Assembly (NCBI GenBank): GCA_965215015.1
Contig: OZ244042.1
Location: 3,616,001-3,680,000 of the forward strand
Reading direction: 5' to 3'
DNA length: 64,000 bases
Source of the DNA: Candidatus Poribacteria bacterium
GTDB taxonomy: Bacteria; Poribacteria; WGA-4E; PCPOR2b
In this document: piece after piece, positions 29,685 through 40,537 of the stretch
Layout of the letters: every line of letters starts with the position of its first letter
How positions within the stretch are numbered: position 1 is the stretch's first letter
Notes under the pieces: generated by a model
Database searches by the model: none
The model's input: only the letters and a program-made list of their open reading frames with translations
Told to the model about the DNA's origin: nothing
Translations under genes and position numbers: made by a program

Positions 29685-29987
29685 ATGGGGAGGGGTGCAA
29701 GCGGAGGGTGGGCACGCGGAGCGCGCCGACTCCTGTCCGACGAACTGGAGTTGCCCGATTCATCGGGCGGCGGGATTCGTATAGATGCCGACACTGTTGT
29801 GCAACAACACCCGGCTCAATTTACCAAACACTGTCGAGTGACACACCCAGTATGTGATGAGTCACCGACCTACGAGGATTTGAACATTCAACTGCATAAG
29901 TCTTAACTAGTGAACCAAAACCCTTTCATTTGCTGCCACGCCCGCAACAGGCAGGCGAACAGTGATGAGATATGGAGGGAAAAATTT

Positions 29988-30938
29988 ATGTCGAAATTAC
30001 AGGTTGCCTTAATCGGTTGTGGTGGACGTGGTCGAGGGCATGTCCGCGTTCTCCAAGAATTTGACGATGTAGAACTAGTTGCCGTTTGTGATCCGATTGA
30101 GGCAGCGAGAAATGCCGCTGGTGCTGAGTTCAACATAGAGGGACGCTATGCTAGTGTAGATGAGATGCTAGATGCTGAGTCGCTCGATGCGGTGTTTGTC
30201 GCAACGCCGGCACACCTCAATGGGCAGGCGGCCCTCCCTTGTCTGGAGCGTGGCGTCAATACTCTGATGGAGAAGCCGCCGGGGCTGAGTGTCGCAGAGA
30301 CCACCGCTTTGCGCGATGCTGCCGCCCGAACAGGTGCTAAAGGTATGGTCGGCTGGAATCGTCGTTTTCATCCCATTATCGTCAAAGCGCGAGAGATGGT
30401 CGAAGCGCGAGGCCCCGTCACACAACTTGTTGGAGAGTTCCACAAAAGCGTAACCGCATTCATAAAATTAGGTCGTTTTCCCGAACATCTGATGGACAAC
30501 CTGTTTCTCGAAACGCCCATACACGCGCTTGACATCGTTCGTGCCATCGCAGGTGCAGAGGTCGAAGAGGTGCACAGCGTCGTGCGCCGCACAATTTCCA
30601 ACTACAAAGATGTCCACGCCGCACTCATCCTATTCGAGAATGGCTGCGTTGCCCACCTTGCCGCTAACTACACAACAGACGCCCGCCTCGAACGTTATGA
30701 GATTCACGGACGGGACATCTCCGCCTATCTCGAAGGGGTGTCGGCGGGAACTGTTTTTTGCGACGGTAAGCAGCATCAGTTGAGCGGCACGGGGACTAGC
30801 GGTACAGAGGAACAGAACCGATATTTCCTCGATTGCATCAAAGCAGACCAACCGGTTTCACTTCCCGCAGCCAATCTAGATGAGGCAATTAAGACAATGG
30901 AGTTGGCGGAAGCGATTTTATCGGGGATACGTCCTTAA
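29988..30938 (+). CDS. Gfo/Idh/MocA family oxidoreductase
   Basis: IGCGGRG, VFVATPAHL, EKPP, GWNRRF. Confidence 0.92.
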   Translation: MSKLQVALIGCGGRGRGHVRVLQEFDDVELVAVCDPIEAARNAAGAEFNIEGRYASVDEMLDAESLDAVFVATPAHLNGQAALPCLERGVNTLMEKPPGLSVAETTALRDAAARTGAKGMVGWNRRFHPIIVKAREMVEARGPVTQLVGEFHKSVTAFIKLGRFPEHLMDNLFLETPIHALDIVRAIAGAEVEEVHSVVRRTISNYKDVHAALILFENGCVAHLAANYTTDARLERYEIHGRDISAYLEGVSAGTVFCDGKQHQLSGTGTSGTEEQNRYFLDCIKADQPVSLPAANLDEAIKTMELAEAILSGIRP

Positions 30939-31016
30939 TTCGGAACAGATACGCAAATTGCCCCTGACCTATTGGAAAGGCAACAACTTCAGATTACTTT
31001 CAGAGAGGACGCGTTA

Positions 31017-31910
31017 ATGAAACTCACGCAAGCACAGGTCGAAGCCTTTCATCAGAACGGCTATCTGGTTGTGGAAAATGCGTTAAGTGATGAAGACCTG
31101 AATCCGTTGATTGCGGACTTTGAGGTGCTTATTGATACCATTGCCGATGAACTATACGCGGACAAAAAAATAGGAGAACGTCATGAGGTGCAGCCTTTCG
31201 AGCGGCGTATCGCTTGGTTGACCAAAGAGGCAGGGGACTCCCTTCAGGGGCAGGTATCATTTCCGGTGAATTTGCGCCGTCCAATCTTCGATTTCCTGCA
31301 TAACCCGAATCTACTGGATTTGCTTGAATCAATTATCGGCCCAGAGATTTACTGCAATCCAACGCATCATGTACGACCAAAATTGCCTGAACCCCTGATG
31401 GACGAAGGGTTTGATAATTGGATACAACAGTCGCCGTTCCATCAAGATGCCGCTGTGTTGCTGCCGGAGGCGGACGATACACTTGTTGTGACGACGTGGA
31501 TTCCTCTCGTAGACGCAACCGTAAAAAACGGAACAATACACCTCTATCCGGGGCTGCATCGCGGCGGGATTCGGAGGCATGTGAGGTGCCCCTACGGCTG
31601 GATGATTGCTCCGGAGGTCATGCCCGAAGGTGAGCCGGTGACGATACCGGTGAAGAAAGGTGGAGTGATTTTCATCCACTGCCGAACCCCACACGGTTCA
31701 CTTCCGAATTTGTCGGATGAGGTTCGCTGGAGTTTAGATCTCCGTTGGCACGATGCGCGAAAACCGGGTGGCAGACCACTGCCCGGTATTCAGGTACGCA
31801 GCGGAGAACAGCCAAAAAGGGTAAGGCAAGACCACCAAGCTTGGATAGATGCTTGGGAGGCGGCAAAGGCGGACCCAACACCGAGAAAGATGTATCGTTG
31901 GAAAGATTAA
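31017..31910 (+). CDS. Phytanoyl-CoA dioxygenase (PhyH) family protein
   Basis: FHQNGYL, FHQD, WIPLVDAT..NG, TPHGSLPN...R. Confidence 0.9.
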   Translation: MKLTQAQVEAFHQNGYLVVENALSDEDLNPLIADFEVLIDTIADELYADKKIGERHEVQPFERRIAWLTKEAGDSLQGQVSFPVNLRRPIFDFLHNPNLLDLLESIIGPEIYCNPTHHVRPKLPEPLMDEGFDNWIQQSPFHQDAAVLLPEADDTLVVTTWIPLVDATVKNGTIHLYPGLHRGGIRRHVRCPYGWMIAPEVMPEGEPVTIPVKKGGVIFIHCRTPHGSLPNLSDEVRWSLDLRWHDARKPGGRPLPGIQVRSGEQPKRVRQDHQAWIDAWEAAKADPTPRKMYRWKD

Positions 31911-32376
31911 AGTACCCCAAAACACCTAGCCTGAGAGTACAAAGTGGCAAATCAGATATATGTGAATGCCGCGCAAAGTTTTATCAGAATCTTCCGATCT
32001 AAAACCCCATCTTTTGAGGTAGGGATACAGATTGGCAAACGGTATTCATTCAAACAACGGTTGAAGTTGTCTGATTGTTAGGTGCTTGATAGCCTGACGG
32101 CTTCTCGAGCCTAACAATCACAAAATAGGGTATACTTATTTTGTGTGAGGGATTTTCACCCCAACACGCTCCCGTCGGAGTGTGGGAAAACCGTTGCGGA
32201 GTTTACCCCTGCTAACCGTTTGCTGCAGTACCACCGTCTCTATCTAAATGGGTTGCAACCTTTACCCCCCTCGGTCCCCCCGCAAGCGGAGGGAGGACGC
32301 AACGGGGGACGCAACCCCGCAAGCGGGGGGAATGGGGGTTACCCCTAAAGGATTTTTGATAAGAAGGAGAAATTTA

Positions 32377-33540
32377 ATGAGCCAATCGTGGGTACGTAGT
32401 GATAATGAAGTCCTCGCCACGCTGCAAGATGTTGTGGCGATTGAGAGCATAAACGCCAGTCTACCCGGCGGGGAACGCGGAGAAAGTGGTATGGTTGAAT
32501 ATCTTGCCGATTTCTTCGATGCCTTGAATATCCCCTATGAGACGGACGAGGTGTTACCGGGGCGAAGCAATATCATCGCCACGTTGGAAGGTGAAAACCC
32601 AGACCGCGTGCTGCTGTTTGAATGCCACATGGACACCGCTTCTGTCAGTGTTATGACCATTCCACCTTATGAACCGCATATTCGCGATGGCCTGCTCTAC
32701 GGGCGCGGGGCGTGCGACACCAAAGCCGGGGGCGTCGCCATGATACACGCGATGAAGCGTTTCAAGGAGGCAGGGGTCAAACCTCCGTGCACCATCAAAT
32801 ACGCCGGTGCCGTAGATGAAGAGTACAGTTTTCAGGGGGCACTGCAATTGGCGGCAACTATCAAGGCGGAGGCAGCGGTCATCTCTGAACCAACCGAATT
32901 GGCGGTTATCCGTGCACACAAGGGGTTGGCACGTTTCCACATCGTCGTCAAAGGAGTCGCCGCTCACAGTGCCAAGCCGTATCTTGGTATAAATGCCATT
33001 TCAAAAATGACCCGAATAATCCGTGCAATTGAGGAGGAAATTGCGCCGACCTATGACTCTATGACTCATCCGCTTACCGGGAGCCCAACGCTCAATATCG
33101 GCGTCATTTCCGGGGGTGTGCAGGTCAACTTCGTACCAGACGAATGTATCATTGATATTGACCGTCGCGTCATCCCCGGCGAAACACCGGAGGAAGCCCT
33201 CGTTCCGTTTCAGGAACGGTTGGCGCGGGCGCAAGCCGCCGATTCGGATTTAGATGTTACGATGGAGACGCCGTATCTTATGGATAACCCGATGGAAACG
33301 CCAGAAGATGCGCGCATCGTGCAGGTCGCTGTCAGTGCATGTGAATCCGTGATTAGGAAATCGGAGATAACAGGCGTTCCCTACGGCACCGACGCCAGCA
33401 AGTTTACCTCTGTCGGTATTCCTTCTATTGTTTTTGGTCCCGGCAGTATTGATCAGGCGCACGCCGCAGTCGAATGGGTTGAGTGTGAACAGGTTTTGAA
33501 AGCTGTTGATATCTATCATCAGATCATGACGCAATTTTAA
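32377..33540 (+). CDS. M20 family metallopeptidase/deacylase (ArgE/DapE-like)
   Basis: HMDT, GRGACDTK, DEE, SEPT, GTDA, AHAAVE. Confidence 0.9.
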   Translation: MSQSWVRSDNEVLATLQDVVAIESINASLPGGERGESGMVEYLADFFDALNIPYETDEVLPGRSNIIATLEGENPDRVLLFECHMDTASVSVMTIPPYEPHIRDGLLYGRGACDTKAGGVAMIHAMKRFKEAGVKPPCTIKYAGAVDEEYSFQGALQLAATIKAEAAVISEPTELAVIRAHKGLARFHIVVKGVAAHSAKPYLGINAISKMTRIIRAIEEEIAPTYDSMTHPLTGSPTLNIGVISGGVQVNFVPDECIIDIDRRVIPGETPEEALVPFQERLARAQAADSDLDVTMETPYLMDNPMETPEDARIVQVAVSACESVIRKSEITGVPYGTDASKFTSVGIPSIVFGPGSIDQAHAAVEWVECEQVLKAVDIYHQIMTQF

Positions 33541-33763
33541 GGCTCACCCTCTGTTCTTCCAATCTGAAAAAAGGGTAACCACAAGGGTTGCCCCTACCGC
33601 ATTTGCTCATCAATGAATGTCTCGCTTTCTCTTCATCCCCCTGTAATCCACTGGAATAGCTCACCCAAATGGGTCTCAGCCAGATTCAACACCACCGGCC
33701 CCCTCACGCCGATTGCCCCTTGAATCGCCTTCGTCGGACCGGCATGACCCTTATTCCGTTTTT

Positions 33764-34148
33764 TGTCTGAATCAGGATTCTCAGGATTAAAGGATTCTCA
33801 GGATTCCGGCTTGTCAGGCAGATTGTTAGGTACGGTTGTTAGGCCTCTGTTAGGTGAGAGATTGTTAGCCTGCCGCTAACAGAGGCCTAACCTGACAAGA
33901 AGGATCTACCACATTCTCCAAAGATCTTCAACATTTAAAAACATCAATGTTATATCTCTTTTAGATAACGGTTGTGAGTATCATGTGAGTATCAGACAAA
34001 TATTTAGTAAAGGCAGCTGGTTAGAGGTATCCCCCGCCAATCCCCCCCTCCTGAGAATCCTTTAATCCTGAAAATCCTGATTCAGACAATCACCCTTGCC
34101 TGCTAGATAACGGTTGTGAGTAGCAGACAAAAAATCCTGATTCAGACA
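33764..34148. mobile_element. MITE-like element with 40-bp terminal inverted repeats plus an extra partial end
   Basis: 33764-33803 and 34049-34088 are 39/40 complementary; internal palindrome at 33810-33899; extra aatcctgattcagaca ending at 34148. Confidence 0.75.
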
Positions 34149-34156
34149 ATCCTCGA

Positions 34157-35356
34157 TTAGAATCGATCTAGCCACCATATAAATAGTTCACCCGCTGGAA
34201 AAAGCGCATCAAGTAGACCAATTGCGCGAATCTGTAAATCGTTGGAAAAAACCACCTCCTCGGGGCTTATATTCCCAAATAGCAGCTTCAACAGCTGCGT
34301 TTGACTGACGAAGAGGTTTATCTCCGGCGACACGCTGTTCCGTACAATACTGATTTCTCCATCCCGAATAATTAACGTCCGTTCATCGGCCTCGTAGCGG
34401 ATGCGAACAGCTCCCCTCCAGTCCGAAAAATCCGAACCCCTGAGCCTTACCTCCAACAACGGTTTAATCTTTGTCAACAGCGATTCAAAGTTGGTGATTA
34501 AAACCATAATATTGCTCCGCTCGCGTCTCCGAACAGAGCACCCCATTGTCTCGAATATCTTTCGGCTCTCCGACGGTGCTAGTGCGCTGATTTCCTGAAC
34601 TCCTTCCGTTTTCGCACAACAGAAGAAGTGACTGAATAATGCAATCATCGCCCCCTCTGCATCTGGAAGATAGCCAAATTCACCTACCATCCATTGTTCA
34701 ACTAGCAGATAGGCGACAGGTGTTCCCGCCCGCTTAGCAACCCAATACAGCGACGAATCGTATGGCCTCCACGTGGGGCGGTTGACCCAATACGCAGCAT
34801 TTTTAACAAACGTCCCCGTTCGCTCAGCGTTAAACTGGTCGAAAATTACTGGCAACACCGGCAAATCTCGATTCGGCTCATACTGCTCGATAGTCACATC
34901 AGCAGGTACTTCTCCAAGTGTTGGGGGCAGGAGCACCTCCATGCTGTAGGTCGGATAAATTACCCAACCCGCTCTGGCATAATGCGATTGGATGCCTGTA
35001 GACAGCATCGAGAGATCGTAACCCGCCGCTCGCATATACCGGATACTATCCCGCAGCACTCCCGATGAATAGCCGGCGCGACGATGCGTCGGATCTGTGC
35101 CAACGCTGCCGACTGCCCCCATCCGCACGACACCATTCGCAATACGCATGGGACGGTCAAAGACCTGTACAACGCTAGCGACCTTCCCATCCACAAAGCA
35201 GGCGCGCGTGTTATTGAGATCAAACCACGGATCTTGTTTGACAATGTTTGTAAAGCGATATCGTCTATCCCCTACGTCCCCGAAAGCACAAACGCTGCAT
35301 TCAATTGTATCGTTAAGTTCAGTTTCGTTGCGCGGGGCACGATATTCAATGTTCAT
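34157..35356 (-). CDS. Eis-like GNAT acetyltransferase with SCP2-like C-terminus
   Basis: VGTDPTHRRAGY, YARAGW, QLLKLLFG...LFP. Confidence 0.85.
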   Translation of the reverse strand: MNIEYRAPRNETELNDTIECSVCAFGDVGDRRYRFTNIVKQDPWFDLNNTRACFVDGKVASVVQVFDRPMRIANGVVRMGAVGSVGTDPTHRRAGYSSGVLRDSIRYMRAAGYDLSMLSTGIQSHYARAGWVIYPTYSMEVLLPPTLGEVPADVTIEQYEPNRDLPVLPVIFDQFNAERTGTFVKNAAYWVNRPTWRPYDSSLYWVAKRAGTPVAYLLVEQWMVGEFGYLPDAEGAMIALFSHFFCCAKTEGVQEISALAPSESRKIFETMGCSVRRRERSNIMVLITNFESLLTKIKPLLEVRLRGSDFSDWRGAVRIRYEADERTLIIRDGEISIVRNSVSPEINLFVSQTQLLKLLFGNISPEEVVFSNDLQIRAIGLLDALFPAGELFIWWLDRF

Positions 35357-35614
35357 AAACTCCTCCAAACACAGATAGAGACGCAAATCTACGATGATTT
35401 ATTTATAATCGCCGCACCCCAACCACCGTTTCAAAATGATATGTTATCGGAAATAGATTCACAAGATCCAAGGAAGCAACTTCATCGCTTGCACTCAGCT
35501 GAATTTCGTATCGATCGCCGACAAGGTATGGCAGTGCTTGCTTCCTCATGGTGCTGCTTCATACAGTTTACATCCACAGATTCTTTGAACGAACTGCTTG
35601 GATTTTATCTGTCT

Positions 35615-36283
35615 CTAGTTTTCTGCATCCACCACCCAACGAATTCCCTGATCGACGAGCTGGCGATACCCCGGATTGCCGTAAGCGAGTCTATCGTGCC
35701 CGAGCTGGATGTATACGATTTGGGAATTACCGTATCGATGGGTCCAACCAATCACCGGTGCGCTCTCCGGATGTTCCGCCTTGAGTAGGACATGCACGTC
35801 CGGATTGGCGGCGAAATTGCCGTATGTCTCATCTTCAATCTCAAAATCTTGCATCCCTTTTGTTGCCGGATGATTGGGGTCGGCAATTTGGATGGTGTAT
35901 TGCACGTTGTGTTTCACCGTGCCTTTACCTTGCTCCCAAACCCCACCGACGATTCGATCAAACTCATCCCACTCTGGGAACGAAATCAGGGCATGATGCA
36001 GGTACACAATCGGTTTACCGCGATTCAGTATTTCAAGATATGCTGTCTGCTGGTCAGCGGTAATCTCCTGCCACATATCGTAAAAGATGAGCGCATCGTA
36101 ATTCCTTGCTGTTTCAACGTTCAAGTGCTCGAACGCATCTGGGAAGACAGCAGTATCGTAGCTGAAATTATCGAAACTATTGAACATCTCCCAAAACGGT
36201 TCTTGCTCAAAACCGTGTCCGCCGGTAATTATTAAAGTGTGGATGTTTGCATCCGTTCCCATGACCTGCCTCCTGTTTTCCAT
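35615..36283 (-). CDS. ThuA-like domain protein
   Basis: LIITGGHGF, YLHHA, DETY, YIQLGH. Confidence 0.85.
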   Translation of the reverse strand: MENRRQVMGTDANIHTLIITGGHGFEQEPFWEMFNSFDNFSYDTAVFPDAFEHLNVETARNYDALIFYDMWQEITADQQTAYLEILNRGKPIVYLHHALISFPEWDEFDRIVGGVWEQGKGTVKHNVQYTIQIADPNHPATKGMQDFEIEDETYGNFAANPDVHVLLKAEHPESAPVIGWTHRYGNSQIVYIQLGHDRLAYGNPGYRQLVDQGIRWVVDAEN

Positions 36284-36388
36284 AAAAGCTCAATTGAAAA
36301 AACTGACAATATATAGGGTATCATCCCGATAGCATAAAGTGAAACAGAAATTTGCCAGAAAAACTCAGAAACCGAGTTTTCCAAGGTA

Positions 36389-36512
36389 GTTCGGTTGTGA
36401 GATGTGAGATACGGACACCGGAAAACTCGAGGCAATCCTGGAGGGGCATACGGATTGGGGCACCACTGTGGCGTTTTCGCCGGATGGGAAGGTACTTGCT
36501 AGTGAGGGATGG
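36389..36512 (+). pseudogene. Isolated WD40-repeat remnant
   Basis: VRL*D (TGG>TGA plus 7-bp duplication) then TDTGKLEAILEGHTDWGTTVAFSPDGKVLASEGW; no start codon, followed by REPs. Confidence 0.65.
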
Positions 36513-36713
36513 AGAGGGGATAATCCTAACAATTGGTGCGAGTTTGCAACGGTTGGGCTAGGAGGCCCAACCTACAGCGAGGGTGTTGGGTTTCACGGTG
36601 CCCGTTCAATCCAACCGACAACACTAGTATCAAAGGTCCCTACTATGGCAACACATCCTCCACGGCAGAATCCAGCCAGTGCACCTGTCGCAAACCATTT
36701 TTTTCCACCCTGC

Positions 36714-38282
36714 CTACTCCACATTCCGTGCCTTAAAACGTGCCGCTTGGTTCACGAGGCGCACCAGCTCATCGCCTCGCTCGTCATGGATTTGAGGCAA
36801 GATGCCTTCAAGGAGTTGGTGTACAACCTCCAAACTCCCCTCTTGTGCCCAGAAGCTGTCCCGTAGGATTTCGGCAAATTCCGCGATGGCAGCAGCCAAT
36901 TGAAATTTGAGGGATGCATCTTCAAAAACATCTGCAAGCTCTGCAGCAAAGATATCCTCGCTGATTTCCACGACGTGACGGGTATCCGGATCCTCGTGCC
37001 GTATCGATACCGTCGCCAGCTGCCCCAAGGCACTCTCATGGAGTTTAATCTCGTAGAGTGCCGTTACGCTGTGACCTGAACCAATCTCCCCGCCATCCGC
37101 ATCATCGTCCCGGAAATCTTCATGATCGAGACGACGATTCTCATAACCGAGCAGGCGAAAGCGGCTGACGACCTGGGGATTGAAATTGACCTGGACCTTG
37201 GCATCTTTGGCGATAACCTGTAGCGTGCCGGTCAGATTCTCTACAAAAATCCGTCTTGCCTCGTTGAGGCTATCGACATAAGCGTAGCTGCCATTTCCCC
37301 TGTTAGCGAGTTGTTCCATCAGGATATCGTTGAAATTACCCATACCGAAACCAACCGTCGTTAACGTTATTCCTTCCTCAACGTAGGCGCGAACCTCTCT
37401 GAGGATCGCATCGGGCCCCGTTTCCCCAACATTGGCAACGCCATCCGAACAAAGAATAACCCGGTTGATGTTACCAAACCGTGCATTCTTTAGGGCGAGA
37501 TCATATCCTATGCGAAGCCCCTCTTCGGCATTGGTCGCGCCCTCCGGTGCTAGGGAATTAATCGCCGCGATGATTTCTTTACGTTCCTCAATCCCTGTGT
37601 GCGAAAGTAAGACCTTGGCGCGAGAACCGTAAATAACGATGCCCACCTCGTCCCCGGGTCGAAGTTCCTCAACCAGAAGCGTCAACGCTTGTTTTACCAA
37701 TTCCAACCGATTTTCCATAGACATGGAACCGGAGACATCAATTACGAAAGTCAATGTCGCATCTTTCCGGTTCTCAGTGGGGACAACCCGTCCTTGGATG
37801 CCGATTCGTAATAATTGCAGCCGCTTACCTTCACCAAATTTGGAGGGTGCACCTTCAATATGGACGGCAAACGCCCCATCCGACGGGGGTTCATAATTGT
37901 AATCAAAGGCGTTGACAAATTCCTCGACGCGCACAGCTTCCGGTGGAGGCAGGAAACCATCTCGGAGGTAGCGTCGCATGACGGAATAGGAGGCGGTATC
38001 TACATCCATACCAAACGTCGAAAAATGGTCATCTTCCGTATCAATAAATGGATTGGTTCCATGATCCTTAAAGAATACATCGTCAAAGGCTGCACCGTTT
38101 GGAGGGTTCAACCCCGAAGGAAGAAAGTCGAATCCTCCATAACCGTAATCATCATCGGCGTCAGTGGCCTCAGCATAGAAATCATCATCGTTGCTGCCGC
38201 AGCCTGTGTAGATTAAGGCTATAAGTCCCCACATTGCCAAGACAGTCAGCAGTTGGCACAAAGATATAAATTTCGATATCAT
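36714..38282 (-). CDS. YfbK-like von Willebrand factor A lipoprotein
   Basis: Lipobox-like YTGC, STFGMDVDTASY, VRVEEFVNAF, DVSGSM MIDAS motif, SDGVAN, VTALYEI. Confidence 0.9.
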   Translation of the reverse strand: MISKFISLCQLLTVLAMWGLIALIYTGCGSNDDDFYAEATDADDDYGYGGFDFLPSGLNPPNGAAFDDVFFKDHGTNPFIDTEDDHFSTFGMDVDTASYSVMRRYLRDGFLPPPEAVRVEEFVNAFDYNYEPPSDGAFAVHIEGAPSKFGEGKRLQLLRIGIQGRVVPTENRKDATLTFVIDVSGSMSMENRLELVKQALTLLVEELRPGDEVGIVIYGSRAKVLLSHTGIEERKEIIAAINSLAPEGATNAEEGLRIGYDLALKNARFGNINRVILCSDGVANVGETGPDAILREVRAYVEEGITLTTVGFGMGNFNDILMEQLANRGNGSYAYVDSLNEARRIFVENLTGTLQVIAKDAKVQVNFNPQVVSRFRLLGYENRRLDHEDFRDDDADGGEIGSGHSVTALYEIKLHESALGQLATVSIRHEDPDTRHVVEISEDIFAAELADVFEDASLKFQLAAAIAEFAEILRDSFWAQEGSLEVVHQLLEGILPQIHDERGDELVRLVNQAARFKARNVE

Positions 38283-38434
38283 TCGGAATAGGCTCCTTTC
38301 CTTTTTAAGACACCTGAACGTAAGAGCTAACTCACTATACTACTAAAGGTTTGCATTATGATTGGTTAGCTATTTCATCGGAATTATTCAATTTATTTCA
38401 GTTTTGTCCGATAGATATGCGCTCAGGTAGTGCG

Positions 38435-39154
38435 CTATTCCTTACTTGAAGGAGCTCCCGCAATCACGATGGTAAACTCCCCCCGTGGCGGCGTTCCTCG
38501 AAGTTTCTCAATCGTTTCGGCCATCGTGCCCCGGAAGACTTCCTCGAACTTTTTCGTCAACTCACGCGCAACGGAAACCTGCCGATCGCCGAACACTTCC
38601 AGAACATCTTGCAGGAACGAAATCACCCGATGTGGAGATTCGTAGAAGATAAGGGTTCGTTTTTCTTCACATAAATCCGTGAGTTGGCGTTTCCGTCTCC
38701 CCGACTTCGGCGAAAGGAAACCTTCAAAGACGAAATTGTGCAGCGGCAACCCTGCAACCGAAGCCGCCGCAATACAAGCAGATGGCCCCGGAATCGGAAC
38801 GATAGGGATAGCCGCTTCGATGCACTGAATCAGCAGCCGATATCCGGGATCCGATATCGTCGGTGTACCCGCATCGGATACCAGAGCGATCGACTCCCCC
38901 GTTTTTAATCGCGCGACTAGCTTTTCACCCTTCTGGATCTGGTTCCCCTCAAAGTAGCTGGTCATCGACGTATGAATCTCATAGTGGGCAAGCAGGCGGC
39001 GCGTGTGGCGGGTGTCCTCCGCAGCGATGAGATCGACCGTTTTGAGCACACGCAACGCCCGGAGCGTGACGTCCTCTAGATTGCCGATCGGGGTGCTTAC
39101 GATGTATAGCACACCCTCTGTTGAATTGACGTCGGTAGATTGTGCCATTTTCAT
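38435..39154 (-). CDS. rsmI: 16S rRNA (cytidine1402-2'-O)-methyltransferase
   Basis: TPIGNLED, AEDTR, SDAGTP.ISDPG, YESPHR, RELTKKFEE. Confidence 0.95.
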   Translation of the reverse strand: MKMAQSTDVNSTEGVLYIVSTPIGNLEDVTLRALRVLKTVDLIAAEDTRHTRRLLAHYEIHTSMTSYFEGNQIQKGEKLVARLKTGESIALVSDAGTPTISDPGYRLLIQCIEAAIPIVPIPGPSACIAAASVAGLPLHNFVFEGFLSPKSGRRKRQLTDLCEEKRTLIFYESPHRVISFLQDVLEVFGDRQVSVARELTKKFEEVFRGTMAETIEKLRGTPPRGEFTIVIAGAPSSKE

Positions 39155-40282
39155 CTAATAATCCGCAAAGGAACCATCGTCCTCGTGCCAGAACATCCCC
39201 CGCAATTGGAAGGTATCATCCCGAAACGCTTCGATGGCTTCATCTTCCATATCCACACCTAACCCCGGTTCCGTCGGCAGCTCAATAAACCCGTCCTTCA
39301 GGGTCAGCGGAGTATTGAATAATCCTTGACCCCGATTGTGTCCTCCCTCGCAAATCAGCAGGTTGGGTATGGTCGCCATGACGTGCACCGACGCTGCCAC
39401 CCCGATCGGGCCGGCTGCGTTGTGGGGAGCAATCGCCATATTGTGAATCTCCGCCATCGTCGCAATCTTTTTTAATTCCATTATCCCGCCGGAGTGTCGA
39501 ATATCGGGCTGCAAAATGGCACACATCTCGCGCTCAATCACCTCACGGAAACTCCACCGCGTTAAGTGGCGTTCCCCCGTCGCAATCGGCACCGTCGTTG
39601 AGCGCGATAACGCCAACAGCGGCTCGTTGTTCTCCGGATGGCACGGCTCCTCGGCAAACAGCGGGCGTAACGGTTCTAACTCCTTCACGAAAATCGTCGC
39701 CATCGTGGGACTGAACCGCCGATGGAGATCAACAGCGATATCGACCTCATCGCCTACCGCTTCGCGCACGGCCGCTACCCGCGCTACCATTGTATCAATC
39801 GCCTTCGGCGTATCCACAAAGCGCACAGGGCCCTGCGCCCCTCCCATCTTCACCGCGCTGAACCCTGCTTCGACAGCGGTGCGTGCGTTCTCTGCACATT
39901 GCTGTGGTGTTGTGCCGCCTGCAGCCGTATACACACGGATGCGTCGACGGACTGAACCGCCGAGCAGTTTCCATACCGGCAGCCCCACCGCTTTGCCGAA
40001 CACATCCCACATCGCCATCTCAATTCCACTTAGCGCACCGACCAGCACCGGCATACTCCGACTGTAACTGGATCGGAACATCGCCTGCCAGTGATCTTCG
40101 ATTTGTAAGGGATCCCTGCCCACCAGATACTCTGCCATATCATCCACTGCCTGTGCCACCGGACGCCAATGCGCGTAATTCATCGGTTCACCGAAGCCGA
40201 CCAAGCCTTCGTCGGTGAACATCTTCAAAACCATCGCGCGTCCCCGTATTGGAATTGTTTCAAACCCTGTTATTTTCATCAC
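39155..40282 (-). CDS. dgoD: Galactonate dehydratase-like enolase-superfamily protein
   Basis: TDEGLVGFGE, DLHRR, EEP, ATGER, QPD, APHN. Confidence 0.7.
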   Translation of the reverse strand: MMKITGFETIPIRGRAMVLKMFTDEGLVGFGEPMNYAHWRPVAQAVDDMAEYLVGRDPLQIEDHWQAMFRSSYSRSMPVLVGALSGIEMAMWDVFGKAVGLPVWKLLGGSVRRRIRVYTAAGGTTPQQCAENARTAVEAGFSAVKMGGAQGPVRFVDTPKAIDTMVARVAAVREAVGDEVDIAVDLHRRFSPTMATIFVKELEPLRPLFAEEPCHPENNEPLLALSRSTTVPIATGERHLTRWSFREVIEREMCAILQPDIRHSGGIMELKKIATMAEIHNMAIAPHNAAGPIGVAASVHVMATIPNLLICEGGHNRGQGLFNTPLTLKDGFIELPTEPGLGVDMEDEAIEAFRDDTFQLRGMFWHEDDGSFADY

Positions 40283-40330
40283 GTTCTCCTAATGTATCGC
40301 CAAAATTGAATGGAAAAAAGTCTTTCTTAC

Positions 40331-40359
40331 ATGATAATACATCGGAGATGGGGTGTCAA
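40331..40359 (-). promoter_or_regulatory. Sigma70-type promoter for dgoD-like/rsmI
   Basis: Minus strand TTGACA-17 nt-TATCAT. Confidence 0.7.
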
Positions 40360-40398
40360 CGGTAGAAAGTATAAGGCCCAACTGCTCTCAATTTTCGA

Positions 40399-40428
40399 TT
40401 GAAAGCCTCCCTTGCAATCGGGTATAAT
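40399..40428 (+). promoter_or_regulatory. Sigma70-type promoter heading the defence island
   Basis: TTGAAA-18 nt-TATAAT. Confidence 0.6.
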
Positions 40429-40537
40429 AGGTGCCTATCTATGTTCTTTTGAGGATTAGGGAACAGCGATTGTTGTTCCCTACTTGGCGATCCATTGCCC
40501 GTCTCATCGATTCTGGGGGTAAGAGTGGAGCCTTGAC

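Noticed and set aside
31940-32042. c-di-GMP-I riboswitch-like words (GGCAAA...CGCAAA...TCTAA)
   Set aside because: No convincing P2 GNRA hairpin or P1 pairing by eye; an Rfam/Infernal search would decide.
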